A stretch of 63,906 nucleotides of DNA, counting the filler, from Globobulimina sp. (lineage: Eukaryota): assembly GCA_003354225.1 (NCBI GenBank). It is 56 parts of 56 records of this genome, joined end to end, with 100 filler letters (N's around TTAATTAATTAA, not from the genome) between each part and the next. Parts side by side here need not be neighbours in the genome. Positions count along the whole stretch, not along the records: positions 60,581 to 61,622 come from PIVH01025037.1; positions 61,723 to 62,764 come from PIVH01025038.1; positions 62,865 to 63,906 come from PIVH01025039.1; 53 more parts are not named here. The stretch is one strand, 5' to 3'. Shown one piece after another: positions 60,589-63,906 of this stretch. Position numbers and translations under genes: made by a program. The stretch's first letter is position 1; every line of letters starts with the position of its first letter. The notes under the pieces are model-generated. The model saw nothing but the letters and a program-made list of their open reading frames with translations, ran no database searches and had not been told where the DNA came from.

Positions 60589-61622
60589 ATGAATTATAAA
60601 TCTGACCGATTTAGGCCTAATATTAGCAATCCAACATTGAACATTTCAACAATGGACTATGAATCCGATAAAAAACATGCCCTCAAAGAGGCATTAAAAT
60701 TAGATTCATTATCCTCAAAATCATTACTTGCTGAATCCGAAAACAACGCAGTTCCCGATACTTATAACCAATTATTAGATGATAGTGCGTCGAGTATGGA
60801 CACAATTCATAATCAACATTCCGACATTGCCGAAATGACCGAAGAAAATGTTGTTTCTTTGTCGCATCATTTCTCAAACATGTTTAGAATATTTATTGTT
60901 TTATTAATCGCAGCCACTGTCGCATTATTTATTTGGTCAAATTGCAGTGACGGGGCAATGGTCACATTGCAGGTTCATTCATTATCGCCATTCGATTCAA
61001 ATGATTTGCATTCTTTTTTGAATCAACACAACGTATCAAATGTATCATTATCAAATGCATTGTCATCTGAAAATGTTTCTGATGTTTCCAGCATTTTGCA
61101 TATAAACACTGAAATATGTTAAGTCTACATTTACAACGTCATCACTTTTGTATTTTGTGTTTTTTTTTTATGATTTACAGTTAGTTTTTCATTGTTTTCC
61201 TCTGTGAAAACCTTTTGGAGCGCCGGTGGTTACGGATTAGCGCTTTTAATCGCAATTTTTAGCGGGATCTGGCCGTATATTAAATTAATTTTATTATTGT
61301 TCTGTTGGATACTTCCAATGAAACAGAAAAAGCGTGAACAGATTTTGGTATTTTTAGATCAAGTTGGAAAGTTTTCATTTATTGACTTATTTGTGACGTT
61401 GTGTATGGTGCTAGCATTTTATGTGAATATTACTGAACAATTCAAAGGCTTTGGTCTGAACTTAAAGGTTGTGGTCGAGCCGGATGTTGGAATAAATACG
61501 TTTGTGATCGGTACTGTTATTTCCATGCTATTTTCTCGTGTTTTTCTATATTTCCATGCAAAATATGCAAACAACAAATCAATGGACGAACAAAGTGATT
61601 CCTGGCATATTGGATTTAGTAA
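60589..61622 (+). CDS. PqiA-like (paraquat-inducible A) multi-pass membrane protein; intron 61118-61180
   Basis: Spliced IFSFSLFSSV..FW..G.Y.LA.LIA.FSGIWPY.KL and LD..GKFS.ID.FV. Confidence 0.78.
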
Positions 61623-61722
61623 NNNNNNNNNNNNNNNNNNNNNNNNNNNNNNNNNNNNNNNNNNNNTTAATTAATTAANNNNNNNNNNNNNNNNNNNNNN
61701 NNNNNNNNNNNNNNNNNNNNNN

Positions 61723-62764
61723 CAATAATAAGTATGCTTGGAATTGATATTTGGCTAAAATATGGTCATTCACTTTTAATCCATGTTTAACTCTTTCATT
61801 TGGAATGTCATACATTAATTTATTTAAACATATTTTAATTTGATTTTCCGATTCTTGATCAAAATCAGTTGAAGCTATAATATTTTCAATTATTTTCAGA
61901 TAGCATCTTGAGATAAGATGAAAATTTTTATAATCTGGAGATATCTTTTTTATTTGCACCATTTCTCTCCAAAACATGAGGATCAGTGATAACTGACTGT
62001 CATACTGAGGCTTTTCATTATATTCATAATCATTCAATAACCCCTTCATTAAGCAGCCATATATTATTCTGTCACCATAAAAATTTAGTTCTTTGCTTAG
62101 CAATTTCCATATTTTCATCATTTTTTTAATATCACCCTTTTCTGCATCATAATTAGAGGCAAATCCATTGACAACGTCAGTTGTTGCGGACATAAATGGT
62201 TTCCAATATGGCAAATTATGAAGATCATTGCGATTGGAATTGTGTACTGACGATTTGTAAGTTTCGTACATTTGTTTCCATAGAAAATAAGCTTTCTTCA
62301 ATTTATAGCATTTGATATAAATTCGAATTAATTCTGAAAAACACAAAACATCTGCTTTTATATGGTAGCTCTTAATTAGTTTTTCAATTTGTTTTACTTT
62401 ATGAATATCAATATCAATCTCATCGTTTTCTATTCTTATCCCTCTGCATAATGTACCGCAAACAATTGAATTCGGGGCGATGTTGTCTTCATTTATCATT
62501 TTGTGGAGATATGTAAAACATTCATCCACTAAATGCGCTTTGACCAAACCAGTGAATAAAATGTTGTATGTTTTTGCTGATCTTTTGATGTTTTCCTCAT
62601 ACATGACGTTAATGATATTTTTCGCAGAGTCTATGTCATCCAATTTGATACATTTTTGAATAGATTGACCCCATAATTGTGTATTTTGTGGACAGGATTT
62701 AGATATAAATTTAAAAACTTGTGCTGCCGAATCAAAACCATCAATTATTTTCGATACGTTTTTA
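61723..62764 (-). CDS. Pentatricopeptide-repeat (PPR) protein fragment
   Basis: TYNILFTGLVK...VDECF..L..M.....I.PN.I, IKADV..FSELI..Y.K and FWREM...ISPD. Confidence 0.8.
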
Positions 62765-63100
62765 NNNNNNNNNNNNNNNNNNNNNNNNNNNNNNNNNNNN
62801 NNNNNNNNTTAATTAATTAANNNNNNNNNNNNNNNNNNNNNNNNNNNNNNNNNNNNNNNNNNNNAATAAAAAAAAAAAAAAAAAAGCCTTTTCGAATAGT
62901 CAATTTGGGTAAATATAGAAACGCATTAAATATACTCAGAAAAAAAATGTACTGAAAGTATTTACTTAGTAAAATGTTTTATATCCTTGCACAATGTATA
63001 CATCAATTATTCAGTTAAAAACTCACTTGTCCTCCTAAGCAGCAATGGATGAGTCAAAGGAGCCAAAAGTCGCAAAATACCCTTCGCTTGCTACAGCTGC

Positions 63101-63215
63101 ATCAAGGTCAAGATCAAGATCAAGGTCAAGATCCAGATCCAGCTCAACGTCAAGATCCCATCTTCAAGGAAGTATCCAGCTCAACGTCCAGCTCAACGTC
63201 AAGATCCAGCTCAAC
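63101..63215 (+). repeat. 6-bp-unit low-complexity repeat (TCAAGA/TCCAGC)
   Basis: Encodes SRSRSR or QDQDQG runs within short ORFs. Confidence 0.75.
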
Positions 63216-63463
63216 GAATATCTTTGGCAAAGCATGGCTCTCTCTCATTTTAGGTACTTGATTTTGTGCTTTATTTGAACACAGAACGTAGCATACACTC
63301 ACACATTCAGCATATAAGCCGTCGTTGGTTCAAAGCTATCCGAATTTATCCGAGGCAATCCGTGCCCTCGTTGCAATGCCACAACAATTATGATGTTTAT
63401 CTGAATAGTGCGAATTGTCGCACTGATAATAAAATTACGTAATAGAATTACGTAACATACATA

Positions 63464-63853
63464 ATGACATCTAATAATGAACAACAAGATTGGAGAGCAA
63501 AATATATCGAGTCTCAAAAGGAAAAAGCTCTTTTGCGGAGACGTATAGCCCAAACAGAGATGAACGTTGAACAATTGCATCAAGCCTACGCAAACAGGGT
63601 TGGTGCACTACAATCAGAGTATGAATCAAAAATACAAGTATTAAAACAAAACCCAAATGTATTTTATAATATTATCGGAGAAATGATGCAATCGAGAAAT
63701 AATGAATTGGAGCAAAAATTATTATCTGAAATGCGATTTATGTTCCAGTTATTTACATCTACTCACAATGATGTCGAAGACAAAGAAGTCGATGAAACAG
63801 ATAGCAAATTCAACGGTACCAGACCAAAACAAAAAACACATTTAAATAATTAA
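63464..63853 (+). CDS. Small coiled-coil hypothetical protein
   Basis: Complete 129-aa ORF with heptad character. Confidence 0.55.
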   Translation: MTSNNEQQDWRAKYIESQKEKALLRRRIAQTEMNVEQLHQAYANRVGALQSEYESKIQVLKQNPNVFYNIIGEMMQSRNNELEQKLLSEMRFMFQLFTSTHNDVEDKEVDETDSKFNGTRPKQKTHLNN

Positions 63854-63906
63854 TCTTTAATGGGTTTTTTGTTATTTGTCAAATGCACAAATTAAAAAAT
63901 GAAAAG

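Noticed and set aside
1045-62864. Regularly spaced TTAATTAATTAA palindromes as a biological repeat array
   Set aside because: They are always embedded in N44 runs and are a synthetic six-frame-stop linker. ORF tails such as XXXLIN are artefacts of it.
1-63906. Operon or system inferred from neighbouring contigs (for example sacsin with nucleases as a defence island)
   Set aside because: Adjacency reflects length sorting of unrelated contigs, not genomic linkage.

Overview
This window is not a contiguous locus. It is 56 unrelated short contigs (1044, 1043, then 1042 bp, so sorted by length) joined by an artificial 100-bp spacer N44-TTAATTAATTAA-N44 that has stops in all six frames. No gene-neighbourhood argument can cross a spacer. 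Most contigs are AT-rich eukaryotic gene fragments with short (about 50-70 nt) GT-AG introns: sacsin, XRN, XPG, M16 peptidase, TLDc, SPRY, MATH, PP2A B'', CCR4/EEP, CAP-Gly, CH domains, PQ-loop, ALG3, MECR, PP1, PqiA-like and PPR. The repertoire fits a rhizarian protist such as a foraminiferan (inference). A few contigs look deltaproteobacterial (LUD protein; response regulator and hybrid kinase) or phage-like (strong Shine-Dalgarno sites, repeated domains). Several are mobile elements: Polinton-type pPolB, LINE RNase H, hAT transposase, LTR gag and MITEs. The most interesting signals are a Polinton-type DNA polymerase B with two spliceosomal introns (one splitting the DTDS motif), a complete Tourist-like MITE 7 bp upstream of an XRN start codon, a nested palindromic bacterial element, tandem phage-like paralogs, a histone-H3-tail-like ORF beside a PHD-finger ORF, and two apparent chimeric contigs. 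I saw no rRNA, tRNA or CRISPR array, and no complete multi-gene novel system can be shown from 1-kb fragments. All family calls come from motif recognition by eye, not database searches.
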